DNA of 64,000 nucleotides, from NCBI RefSeq assembly GCF_001194135.2, contig NC_068981.1, positions 154,253,735-154,317,734 of the forward strand, written 5' to 3'. The notes beneath the pieces are model-generated. The model saw only the letters and a program-made list of their open reading frames with translations, was not told the origin of the DNA and ran no database searches. Both the position numbers and the translations under genes were made by a program. The stretch comes from Octopus bimaculoides. Taxonomy: Eukaryota. Positions within the stretch are counted from its first letter, which is position 1. The number at the start of each line of letters is the position of its first letter. Below, one piece after another: positions 23,616 to 35,335 of this stretch.

Positions 23616-25215
23616 CTAATTTTTATCCAAAGAAAGGCTGCTGACTTGGGCTGATACAGCTTGGCATAGTATCATTGCAAGTATTATTGTCAGAATGTTA
23701 AGTGGCACATCAGATATCACAAAGTGCTTTTCCCAACCCTCTAACATTTCTGCTAATTCACTGCTCTGGATTGGTGCATTTTTATAAACTTTGGAAGAAT
23801 GAAAGGCACAGTTAACGTAGAATTTGAACTCAGAGTGCAGAGAGCCAGGACAATAACTTCGAGGCATTCCATCCAATGCTTTAATGACTCTTCTGACTTG
23901 ATGCCTCAAGACTGTATCAAAAATATTCAGTTGATTAGCAAAAATTTACTTCCCCAATTCATGAAAAACTAGCTTAATTCATCTTTGATTCATCTCTCTG
24001 CTGCTTTCTACATGCCCCTCCATCTAGTTCTTCATACCTGTCTCTCTTACTCTCATTACCCCTACCATTTTTTACCTCTCAAATTCTTCTCTGAGCATTT
24101 TTTCTAATTGTTTCTCTTCAGAGCTACAACAGTTTGACATTTCATCCTTGTGCACACTTTTCCTACAAACCTTTTGCTACCTATGTTGAAAATCTCACCA
24201 CTGTCAGGAGGTCTGTGAAGATCACGAGCGCTGTCTGTATTATAACTTGTACAAAAAAGAATTCATGTTAATGATCTTCTGCTATTTAATGGGATTTACT
24301 TATACTTCATTGAAGCATGACTAGAAGCAAAGTTTTTAGCTTGATATCTTGTACTCATGATTAACAAAATATATATAGTAATCATGGTCTTTATAAACAA
24401 ATATATTCTCTTTCTGTGCCTAAATGCCATTCCAAACCTTCTTACTTCCTTTATATCTAGTACTACCATTTAACTCCTGGTATATTTATTATTAGATCTG
24501 TACTGCATGTGGTTTTTATCTATACTAATTTGTTCTTTGTTCATACCATTTTTCACAATCATTCTTTTAGTTCCACTAAACCATTGTTAGAGCATTTTTC
24601 TTTGTTGCCTATGTTGTATTTTATATCTAGTTCTCTATGCTTTCCCATACATTTTAATTGATCTTCTTCCTTTAACTTTCTAAAATATTAATATCCAATC
24701 CCAACATCTTATTATTCCATAATATTTTCCCTTTATATCATGATTTATTTTATTTAGAGTTCTTATATCTTTCAACCCTATCTCATTTGTTGCATTTGTC
24801 CTTGCAGTTCTTAATAAATTGTTTGTTTCTGTTAGTGATTTGATTGATGACAGTTAATTTTCTTTGTGATCTCATTAAAACATTTCTGAAAGATGCATAC
24901 CCATCAAAATCATTGTTTTTCATAAGTTCAACTATCATTGTCATTATCATTTGATTATCTTTAGTAAATATATCTCTTTTTTTCTGATAATTCTATCTCT
25001 GATTCTCTACATCACCAACCCTGTATATTCTGCAATCTTTGGCATTTGTTAGCTCCTTATCAAAATTACCCATTGCTTTATTTCTTCAAACTAATTCTTT
25101 CAACTATCCATTTTCCCTAACTACCCTATCTTGATCACAAATTCTCTACTCTTGATCTCTACCTCTATTCTCTCACTGTAATTCCAACTAGAGTCACTGG
25201 ATTACTTTGATAGTA
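23616..25215 (-). mobile_element. Degenerate LINE ORF2 remnant (endonuclease-linker-RT N-terminus)
   Basis: ORF 23616-23909 (RHQVRRVIKALDGMPRSYCPGSLHSEFKFY) resembles the EV.KAIK.LK.GKAPGPDG.PAEF motif preceding LINE RT. Purine-rich, coding-like minus strand upstream. Confidence 0.55.
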
Positions 25216-25226
25216 ACATTCTATAT

Positions 25227-25565
25227 CATAGGTTATCAAAGTGGGCGTTACTGCCCCATCCCCCAGGTGGGCATTGAGACGGTCCAGGTGGGTGCTGGTG
25301 CCTAAGGGGTGGGGGGGGGGTAGAAAAAAAAGAGGTGTTGGAAGGAAGGCAGTGGATTGGGGGACGCTATGAATTTATTATAATATTATTATAGTATTGG
25401 ATACAAGTTATATAATATTATATTAAATATTGAATGATTCGTAGTATATATAAGTTATTAAAATATAAAATATTTATTTATACATAAAAATAGGGGGGGG
25501 GGGCCCTGAGAGTATTATGTGGCCATGAAGAGGCGACAGTGGCCCAAAAAGTTTGAGAACTTCTG
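25227..25565. mobile_element. hAT (Buster/Charlie-type) MITE
   Basis: Perfect 8-bp TSD TTCTATAT at 25219-25226 and 25566-25573 with a central TA. Imperfect short TIRs CATAGGTTATCAAA / CAGAAGTTCTCAAA. Confidence 0.8.
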
Positions 25566-26364
25566 TTCTATATTAACAACATTTGAACAGGTGAGGTTTT
25601 GTTTGATAAGGATAACACTAACGTTTGTTATCCTTCTCCTCCTCCTCCTTCTCATCATCATCATCATCATTTATGTCTGTTTTTCCATGTTTATATGAGT
25701 TGGACAATGCTCCTCCATTTAATTTTTCCTGGACATATATAGTTTATACATAATTTTGAACAAGTTAACTTTGACTTCAATTCTCATTGTCATCATCATT
25801 TAACATCTGCTTTCCGTGCTGGCATGGGTTTGATGGTTTGACATGGAGCTGGCTAGTCGGGAGTTGTCCTGACTCCAACTGTCTGTTGTGACATAGTTTC
25901 TATGGCTGAATGCCCTTTCTAATACCAACCACTTAAAAGAGTGTGCTGGGTGCTTTTTTACACGATAATTGTCCATAAGCTGTACTGATGAAATATAAGA
26001 TGATTGAAAAGACCAAGCGAAAAAGGGAAAGAAACAATATTAAATATGTAACTTTAATTAGAGTTGAACTTTCACTCTGTGCTTTACATTAAAAATTAAT
26101 ACAGATGATTGGAGAAAAAGAAAGATTCTTTTAATAAATATAGTACAAAATACTAAACTTCAACTGTATTTAAATTTTACCGCTACACTTTACATTGAAT
26201 GGTAATTACTTCTCTCCCTCTGCCAAACAAAGAGTACAAGTAAATCATCCTTCTAAATGGAAGACAGTAGGAGAGGGAAAATAACATGCTACTGGAATGA
26301 TACAGTATATATGTGTGTGTGTGTTTGTTTGTTTATATATATATATATATTTAACAGATGTTAA

Positions 26365-26400
<36 letters not shown>

Positions 26401-26930
26401 GTGATGATGGTGTGTGTGCATGTGTGTGTGTGTTTGTGTATCATCATCATCATCATCATCACTGTCATCATCATCATTTAACATCCATTTTCTATGCTGG
26501 CATGAGTTGGATGGTTTGACTGGAGCTGGTAAGGCCAGGGACTGCATTGGGCTACATTGTCTGTTCTGGCATGGCTGAATACTCTTCCTAAAACCAACCG
26601 CTTTACAGAGTGCTTTTTATGTGACACAAGCACCAGTGCTTTTTATGTGACACAAGCACCAGTGCTTTTTATGTGGCACTAGCACATGCTACTTATATAT
26701 TTTGTATAATTATATTTCCTAGAGTTGTATGAGTAAATTTTGATAGATGGACTTTGGTTAGCTTGCGTAATGTGCTTTGCAGAGTTTGACAAAAATAATT
26801 TTCATGGTCAAAAAATATATTTTAAATTTTATATAACTTTTACTTATAATCTTGTTAATGCTTCAATCATTTTATGTTGTTTAATTTGCAAAATGTAATA
26901 ATTAATGATTTGCTTGCTCTTTTTTGTTAG

Positions 26931-26991
26931 GTCTTTCAAGAACTAGTAGTCACCCCATTAACAATTTTGCAATTATTTGAATACACTAAAT
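26931..26991 (+). other. 5' UTR part of the start-codon exon
   Basis: Acceptor TTGCTCTTTTTTGTTAG| at 26930. In-frame TAA at 26959-26961 upstream of ATG 26992. Confidence 0.65.
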
Positions 26992-27149
26992 ATGTCCCAA
27001 TACAGCTCTAAAAGAGAAGATGGTGCTAAATTCCTTGAGTCCAAGAGAAAAAAAATATCTCTAGGAGGCAGTGATAAGTTAACAGCAGAGTTTACTAATC
27101 AAGAAATTCCATCCCAAGAGCAGGTTTCATCTGTCTCTAGAGCTTCAAG
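26992..27149 (+). CDS. SVIL: First coding exon of the supervillin-like gene (MSQYSSKREDGAKFLESKRKKISLGGSDKLTAEFTNQEIPSQEQVSSVSRAS)
   Basis: Open frame from the ATG to donor AAG|GTAAAA (GT 27150). The phase-2 end matches the phase-2 start of exon 31884. Missed by the ORF track because it is under 60 aa. Confidence 0.65.
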
Positions 27150-27619
27150 GTAAAATTCTTCAAATTTAATTTTAATCAAAACATATAAATTTCATGGCTA
27201 ATATGTATCAGAATAATTAAAGCCATGAGATTATAATTATCTATACATCATTTGAAAATAAATGAAAAAAATCAGATGTTCCTTTCAGATAGATTAAATA
27301 TAATTCATATCTTAGGATCTGAACTGACAGAAAGATTTGAAAACTGTTGAAAAGTGATTGATTCACATGTGGAATATATAAACATTTTATGTTAAATGGA
27401 TCTGTGATTTAACACCGTTGCATAGATAGTTGAAATAGGCACCTTGTAAAAACAATACAGAATTTCTAACCCATGCTAGCATGGCAAAATGGATGTATAC
27501 CAATCAAACGAATTAGAATTAATAATTGAATAAAATACTGGTTCTATGAATCTGTTGTGCAAGCTATTTCATGAACTGGAAATTTCAGTGATCATATTTG
27601 GAAATAGCAGGATAGGTAC

Positions 27620-28900
27620 ACTAGTTATATGAAGGCTGTTGTTGTACAAAGTCTAAAAAGTAATCAAAGTTCCTGGAATTTCTTTGAGGCAATCATTGTA
27701 ACAATGAGAACACCATTCAAGCAACTAATAATCTTCTACTGATGAGGTAGGTACATGAGAGCCAGAGAGACTTTGTTCTTACCTAAAGAAAAAAAGGTCA
27801 GACAAATGATTGTGAATATCAAATCTCTGCCTGGTGAGGACTGTACTCTCCAACATAGGTTAGTGATTATCAATTTTCAAGATGAAGATTAGACGATAAT
27901 AAAGGAAATTACCATTAAGAGAAGGAAGATATGGAAATTAAAACATCTTTTCGTTAGACATAAACTCCAATTAGCACCAAATATTTTGTTCCTATTTAGA
28001 TTGGAAGAAAGGAGAGATGGAGAGTTATAATATTAAAGACAGCAAGATGATCCTAAGGACCACACTGCAGAAAATTGATTGGTAAAAAAGCTCCAGTTAA
28101 GATGACATTGTTGAGGAATGAATATAGTAGACGGGGCTACATAAGCTAAATAATAGAGTAGGAAGGAAAGGGAGAAAGTAGGTAACAAGGAGTGATATCA
28201 GGAAGTTAGATTATCCATTCAGGAAAAAGATTGAAAGGCAGAAGCTTGTTGATGTTCTATGTCATGGAGATAGAAAACATTATGGATTTTGATTGTGAAG
28301 CAGTTTATTTGCACAAACATATTTTCATAGATATAGGATCTGAAATAAGTTAAATGTTCATTAACAGTTAATAGTAAGGGGTTTCATGAGCTACTTAGAT
28401 GGCTTACTAGATTTGATGTAATTAATACTTGAGGTGATTGTAGTTAAAACAAAGGAGCTAGAGTATGACAGGGGCTTCAGGAGCTGTTACTCTCTCCATG
28501 GAAAAGGTATACCGTACGAAGAATGTATTAAGAATTTGATGTTGAGTTGCAGTGAAATATGGTCACTGAAAGTGGAAGAACTGCTGAAAATGGACAGAAA
28601 TGAGAGGAGTATGAACTACAAGGTATATAACATTAATTTGCATGAAATATGGAGCTAAAGTGACCTGAGAGAGTATCTGGGCAATAATGATATCAACCAA
28701 CATGTGCAAGACATTCAGTTATTATGCATACAGATCATGGATGCTAGTTAAAAAATAAAAAAGATGTATATTCACCATAGAAGATACTCATGAGAAAAGA
28801 AGACAGATATGACATGGGGAAAAGTGGAGAGGTCAGATTTCATGATGTTATACCTCACAGTTGAGATGATATGTTAAGATATCTGGCTTGTCTAATAAAA
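27620..28900 (+). mobile_element. Degenerate RTE-clade LINE fragment (endonuclease C-terminus/linker)
   Basis: VNIKSLPGEDCTLQHRLVI at about 27810-27870 resembles the RTE motif K(V/I)IPGEE..(T/P)QHRLVV. Multiple stops. Confidence 0.65.
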
Positions 28901-29869
28901 AAGATGATAAAATGATGATGATTGTGAATATCAACTATTGTGAAATGAAAGTATTAGCTATTTTTTCAAGCAAAAGGAAGAGGCTTGAATAGTATTAACA
29001 CAATAGATCTTCAATCTAAAGAATATCAATTTGTCTTTTCTAATTCATGGGTAGTTTAAATATTGACGCTTTATTTTTTTTTTATTCAGGATTAAGCTTT
29101 AGATTTAGAGAAAAAGGAAGTGTGAATTAGCTGTGCTTATACATTTCCCTAAGTTATTAACACTATAAGTGATACCTTAAATGAAAGAATGGTAAAAGTA
29201 AAATGTAGAAATTCAAAAAGCTTACACAAATTTTGTATTATTTAGATGCAAAGAATATGTGTTTAGTACTTTTTGCAAAGATACAACTTTTACCTTTTCA
29301 TGTTTCAGAACTTAAGTTTTTGTTATGTTTAATTAAAAATTGAAGATCACATTTGATTTCTGATTTCATCTATCCAGATGTTTAATAAATTTATGGTGAA
29401 AATTCAATGGAAAAAAATTATTTTCAAATTCTTAATTTATATATATCTGGTTCTAATGGCAACTAACTTAAAATTAGTCACTCTTGTTGCAGTGTTTGTG
29501 AAACTATCAGAAAATATTTTACTATTGGAATCTTTATGAATATTAGATGAAAGCTAATGACTAAGGAAAATACTCAAGGACATTCTCTGCTTGAAAACTT
29601 AAATGATACTAAATGTAGTTAGCTAGGAAGTGTTAATTAATTAAAATTACTTGTAGTGAGGGGAAAGAATCTTTAGCTTAATGGTCTTTTCTGATCAGGA
29701 AAGTCAGAGAGATAACCCCTGAAATTTTAATTTATTTAAATTAATTAGCGATAGAATGTGGACAATAGAGTGATTATGATTTTGGTAGAATGGTAACGGA
29801 TCTACACATACCTCCTTGACAAACTATAGCTTTTACCAATGTTACCAGATGAAGAACACATAATATATT

Positions 29870-30960
29870 ATTATCATTCTTACATCATTTTTACATCCAC
29901 TTTTCCATGCTTGCATGGATCACTGGGTCTTCTCTAGAATACAGAATCTTGTCATTTGTTGTATTCTTTTGTCATATTCTTTGTGTAGTTCAACATCCTG
30001 ATATCCGCTTTCACCACCTCTGCCCAAGTTTTCCTTGGTTTTTCTCTTCCACAATTTCTTTCTGTTTGGATGTGTGAACCATGTTGCTCATGCACACTGA
30101 CATTACATATTCAGTTGTGCATGTTTCATGTTCCTTTAGCTTTTTGCACATCCTTCACAGCCAACGCCCATGTCTCATTTACTTCCTGTACACAAGCAAT
30201 GCACAGCCTATGCTTCTCTTGAAGGTATAATCCCTTTGTTGCCAACATAGGTAATAACTCCTTGAACTTTTTCCACCCTGTTCTTATTCTGGTTGCTAAG
30301 CTTTCAGAGCACACTCCTTCATAGCTGATCAGGTCGCCTAGATAAAAGAAGCTATCAGCTTCAATGGAGCCATCTAAGCTTTGAAAAGATTTATTTTACT
30401 AGTGCTTTGATTACTCACTGCTCCTACCATGTATGAAGTCTATTTCCTCTGTTAACATGCTTGTGATCCTAGTGCACTTCTTGTGTGTCCATAATTTACA
30501 CTGTGCACACAATATGGAGTTTCTACCCACTTGCTTTCTGTATATCTAGCACAACCATTTTCTCGAATGCAGCAGAATCTTCTTTCTCATTTACTATAAC
30601 TTTTGTCTTTTCTAAGTTTACTCTGAAAGCCTCTCAGTTCTAAGTTTTGTTTCTATACTTGGAATTTATACCTAAATTCTTTTGCAGCCTTCACTATAAG
30701 GGATAGATCATTAGCATACACAAGTTGCTGTAGACAGTCTGTCATATTTTGAAGAGGGCTTAGAATCAACCCTTAATGTACACCTACCTGCATGCTAAAT
30801 TCCTCACTGAAATATTGCTAACCTTCGTTTTGGTTACTGTATCTCTGTACATGACTTGTACTGCCCTTACAAGCCAAGCATCTACTCCTAGTTTCCTTAA
30901 AGACAACTCAACTATAGATTGAGGTTCCTTGTCCAGATCAACTAATGCTAGTTACAGAAG
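29870..30960 (-). mobile_element. Degenerate RTE-clade LINE 3' part (RT, PHD-like finger, C-terminus, 3' tail)
   Basis: Minus strand gives LVYANDL (YADD-derived), NSILCAQCKLWTHKKC and RIRTGWKKFKELLPMLATKGL. The 3' end CCATGCAAGCATGGAAAAGTGGATGTAAAAATGATG matches family C tails. Confidence 0.8.
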
Positions 30961-31034
30961 TTTCCTCTTAGCTATATATATATATATATATATATTTATG
31001 TATGTATGTATGTGAACACACATGCACACACAGG

Positions 31035-31065
<31 letters not shown>

Positions 31066-31883
31066 TAAATAATATTGAGTAATATCCTAAAAGGATTTAA
31101 GGTACAGTTCTATTTGTGTTTTGAAAGATGGCATCCATATAACTATGTTTAATTTTATAGCAGGTAATTATTAAACTGATGTGTCCTTCCTGGTGTCATG
31201 TGCTTTAACAATCACCTGTTTTCAGACTAGTTAGATTAAGGAAAGACAAATAGGTGTCTTGACAACACTGACTTACATCCATAGTGTCCATTGCCGTAGC
31301 AACAACAGCATCATGTTGTTAAGTCTCATCATCATTATTATCATCAGTAACAGCAGTCAGTGTCAGTAGTGGCAGTGTAGCATCACTGTTGACTTTATTA
31401 AAAAGATCTACTAACCCACATATTCAATGATTGGATTTATCTGCTTGTATTTGTTGACAAAATGTTTTATAACTATAAACTTTTTTTAACAATTTGCAAC
31501 ACGGAATAGGTGAATAATTACTTACTTTCTCTCTTAGCAAATATAATGAAGTTTCACTTCCAGGGATACTCTAAAGAGTTTTATTACTGCTAAATAAACT
31601 TTGTGTTCATCACTTTCACCATTGATCCATATCTGAATGTATTTTTTCACATCAATCACATAATTATTTAAATTTATTTCAGTACATAACTATTGATTAT
31701 TGTTTTGTATACAGGTTGTTAGTGAGGCTTTTTTTTCTGCATGGTTTCTAGTGGTACTTTTTTTTTTTTTTTTAGAAAATCTTAACAAATTCACATTTTA
31801 ATCTCAATATTTTTTTGTTATTGTAAAAGAATACATCACATAAATTTTGTTTTCAAAATTATCATTTTGTTTTTCATTTCTAG

Positions 31884-34313
31884 TTTCAGTGCTGGAAGAT
31901 GGTTGTCCAGTAGGAAAAATGAGACCACAGAGACAGAAGCTGAATCCCTCTTGAAATCTCCTAAACCAAGCTGTATTCCTTCAAGTGGTAGGGAAGTAAA
32001 TCACAGTAGCTACGGCTGGCCACCATCTCATAGTTTTACTACTTCAGATAAGACTTCACTAGACAAAACAGCTTTGGGTGAAAATTACCATCAAAGAAGC
32101 TCATACCTAACACATGGTAAAATGTCACATGTGCCTTCATTTAAGCATAAAGGTATGACAGAAAGCTGTACTAAAGAAGATAATATTCGAGATTTAAAAG
32201 CTGACAGATGTTCTGATAAACTACACAGGTCCATTCAACAGGCTGACACTAGTTCCTCCCGTAATATTCCTTTGAGAGCATCTGTTCGTAAAAGTCATGA
32301 TTCTGAAAGGAATAGTGATTATGGAATAAGCAAATCTTCATTACACAGTAATATGTCTCATAAAAGAAGTCCCACAAAGTCTTCTGAATCTAGTAACACT
32401 AATCAGAAAACACCCAGAATTGCTGCAAAAGAAAGATTATCTGGAGACCATGACTTGCAAATGGCCAATATTGAAAGTTCTGTTTCTCCAGCAGAATTAA
32501 ATGTAAATAAAAATAACAACGATCTCAAGTCACTAAGAAAACCTGTTACTTCTGGTAGAGTAGCTGAAAGTTTTGCAGATCAGTCATTTGACCGTTCAGA
32601 TGTAAAATATAATTCATGCAGATCCCGTATACCAACTCCTAATTCTCCTTCAAGTTCACATAAAGCTGAATCACATAAACTTTCATCACAGAGCTTTACT
32701 TGTTCTAGAGGTTTGGATACAAACAGAGAAGCTAACATGGAACAGAGTGGTAAAGAAACAAATGAAAGTAGAGCTGAACGTATTGCTCGTTATAAACAAA
32801 TCAGACGAAATGAACTGGCTTCAATAATTAGGGCCAGACTAGATGCTAACGGTGACAAAAAGGAAGAAGAAGAAGATAAAAAGTTGAATTTGAAACAAAA
32901 TCTGAATCCAGAAATAGCAAAAGAAAGTGAAACACAGTTTCCAATTTCATCTCTTACTGAAAAAGGCAACTTAAATTTGAGAACAGAAAGCATTGAGCCT
33001 GAGAGTTCAGATTTAAAACTGAATAGATTGCAACAAAGATTCAGAAATGTGTCTGAACGGTCCAAAAAGCGGCAAGAAAGAATGCTACGAAATAGTCAAC
33101 ATTTATCTGCTGATCATATTGGTCAAACTGCAAAAGGTAAAATTCTTAGTAATAAATTGGACACGTCCACAAGTATAGACTCTAGGAATATTCCTCCTTC
33201 TATTGCTGATGATACTCAACCATCTTTAGAAGCTGAGAGAGCAGTGAGTCTGTCATATGATGACAGAAGTCAGCTAGCTCAGTTAAGAAGTGATGAAGTA
33301 GGAACAGACTTTGCTTCAAATGTTACGAAAATCTCTTCTGAAATTCCCTGTAACAAAAATCTTTCCAACCAGCCATCAAAATCCATTGGTGCTAAAACTG
33401 GGATAGTAAATGAGAAAAGTTCTTTATCATTATCAAATGACAGGTTCATAGATAAAGGTTATAATCAAGATTTATATATTCCTTTAAGAAAACAAAATGT
33501 ACAGGAAAAGCCAAATATCATTGGTAGACAACAAGAAAAGTGTAGGTTTCAAAGTAAAAGTGATGGATATTTAACATCAGGTTCTGAGGCTGGATTTTCT
33601 GATAATATTTTTGACTACTCCATATCGGAATCAGATAATTTTAGGAATTCTAACATCGACAGTGAAACAGACATACAAATATACTCTCAGATGACAGCTG
33701 ACTTAAATGAGAACCCTAGATCCTCAACATCTTTCGTAAAATCAAAACAACTACCTGAAAGTGCTGTTTCATATAGAAAACAATTGTTGCAGGATCTGAA
33801 TGAAAAAAGTGAGAATAAAAAAATTGAGAATGAATGGAAGAAAGATATCGACTGGCTAGAGCGTAGAAAGTTTGAATACATGATTAAAAAGGCTGAGAAG
33901 GAAAAGAAATTTTCAGTCTTAGACAAGATTAAAGCTGCTGAAATAAAAGCTAATGCAATTAGACAGAAAAGAGAAGAAAATAAGGCAAAGAAGCCTCTTG
34001 AAAGAACAAAGAGTGAAAGTCAAGTTAAGATGCCTTTAGAGGTTTGTCAAGAAACTAATCGAAAAAATACTAACTTGGAACGTACTCAATCTTTTGGATC
34101 TGCTCCTGTAAAGAAAATTGAGGAACTTCTTTTCTCTCCTAAGTATGAAAGTAACTTGGATGAGCTTCTTTTAAAGAATGCTGCTTATTTAGCAGATGAA
34201 GAAACAGATTTGCCATCGCAGTCCGTAAGGAATTTACATCCTAAAGAAAATTTAAAGCTCAGGAAGTCTGTACGTAAGAAAAAATTAACCAAGCTTGCCA
34301 GTGTATCTGAAAG
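31884..34313 (+). CDS. SVIL: 2,430-nt internal coding exon of the supervillin-like gene (low-complexity N-terminal region)
   Basis: Uninterrupted 810-codon frame. Acceptor TTTTCATTTCTAG| (31883) and consensus donor AAG|GTAAGT (GT 34314); the ORF-track stop TAA lies inside the donor. Contains ESRAERIARYKQIRRNELA, recalled as similar to vertebrate supervillin ESKAERIARYKAERRRQLA. No gelsolin or headpiece domains in the window, so identity rests on one motif. Confidence 0.7.
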
Positions 34314-34721
34314 GTAAGTTTGATATTATTATATATTTGCTTGTAAGATACAATTTGAAGTAAAAATAAAAAAGCGATACAAATATGTTTGTGTAAGCTA
34401 ATAAAGTGAAAAGAAAATTGTTTCCATACAAACAATTAATTAGTTAATCTCTTGGAAAAAGTCAAGATCTTGTATAAAAGTTGAATATAATATTGGTTTC
34501 AAATTTTGGCACAAGGATTTTGGGGAAAGGGTAAGTCAATTACATCCTCCCCAGTGCTCAACTGGTATTTATTTTATCAACTCCGAAAGGATGAAAAACA
34601 GTGTCAACCTTGGCGGAATTTGAACTCAGAACATGTTGATGGACAAAGTACTGCTAAGTATATTGCCTGGTGTGCTAACAATTCTGCCAACTCACCATCT
34701 TAAAAAAAAAAAAAACATGCA

Positions 34722-34794
34722 TTCCCATGCCAGGAATTGAACCAGGGCTGCATGGGTAAAAGCCAGGAATCCTAACCACTAGACCACATAGGGA
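34722..34794 (-). pseudogene. Decayed tRNA-Glu with anticodon TTC changed to TTT
   Basis: TCCCTATGTGGTCTAGTGGTTAGGATTCCTGGCTTTTACCCATGCAGCCCTGGTTCAATTCCTGGCATGGGAA has a tRNA-Glu(TTC) body. It carries a 1-nt insertion in the acceptor stem, mismatches in the anticodon and T stems and CpG decay. A T-run (Pol III terminator-like) lies 5 nt downstream. Confidence 0.8.
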
Positions 34795-34846
34795 AGCCAA
34801 AAGTTAACCATAATATTGATATAACTAATATTAATACCAGAGAGAA

Positions 34847-35335
34847 GGCGGTGAGCTGGCAGAAACGTTAGCATGCTGGGCGAAATGCTTAGTGGTATTT
34901 CATCTGTCTTTACGTTCTGAGTTCGAATTCTGCCGAGGTTGACTTTACCTTTCATCCTTTCGGTGGGATTGATAAATTAAGTACCAGTTGCATACTGGGG
35001 TCAATCTAATCAACTGGCCCCAGTCCCCAAAAATTTCGAGCCTTGTGCCTAGTGTAGAAAAGAATATAAAAACATTTCTCATGGCACCAGCACACAATTT
35101 ACAGATGTTTACATTTTAAGGCAGCAAGCTGGCAGAAACGTTAGCATGCTGGGTGAAATGCTCAGCGGTATTTCGTCTATCTTTTTTGTTCTGAGTTCAA
35201 ATTCTGCTGAGGTCGACTTTGCCTTTCATCCTTTCAGGGTTGATAAATTAAGTACCAGTTGTGTACTGGAGTCAATCTAATCAACTGGCTCCCTCCCCAA
35301 AAATTTCGGGCCTTGTGCCTAGAGTAGAAAAGAAT
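34847..35335 (+). mobile_element. Two tandem family A SINEs with a roughly 55-bp spacer, bracketed by one 20-bp direct repeat
   Basis: SINE heads at 34847 and 35120. AATATTAATACCAGAGAGAA at 34827-34846 and 35333-35352. Confidence 0.85.

Noticed and set aside
32790-33926. Antisense ORFs of 91 and 79 aa
   Set aside because: Shadows of the long + strand coding exon.
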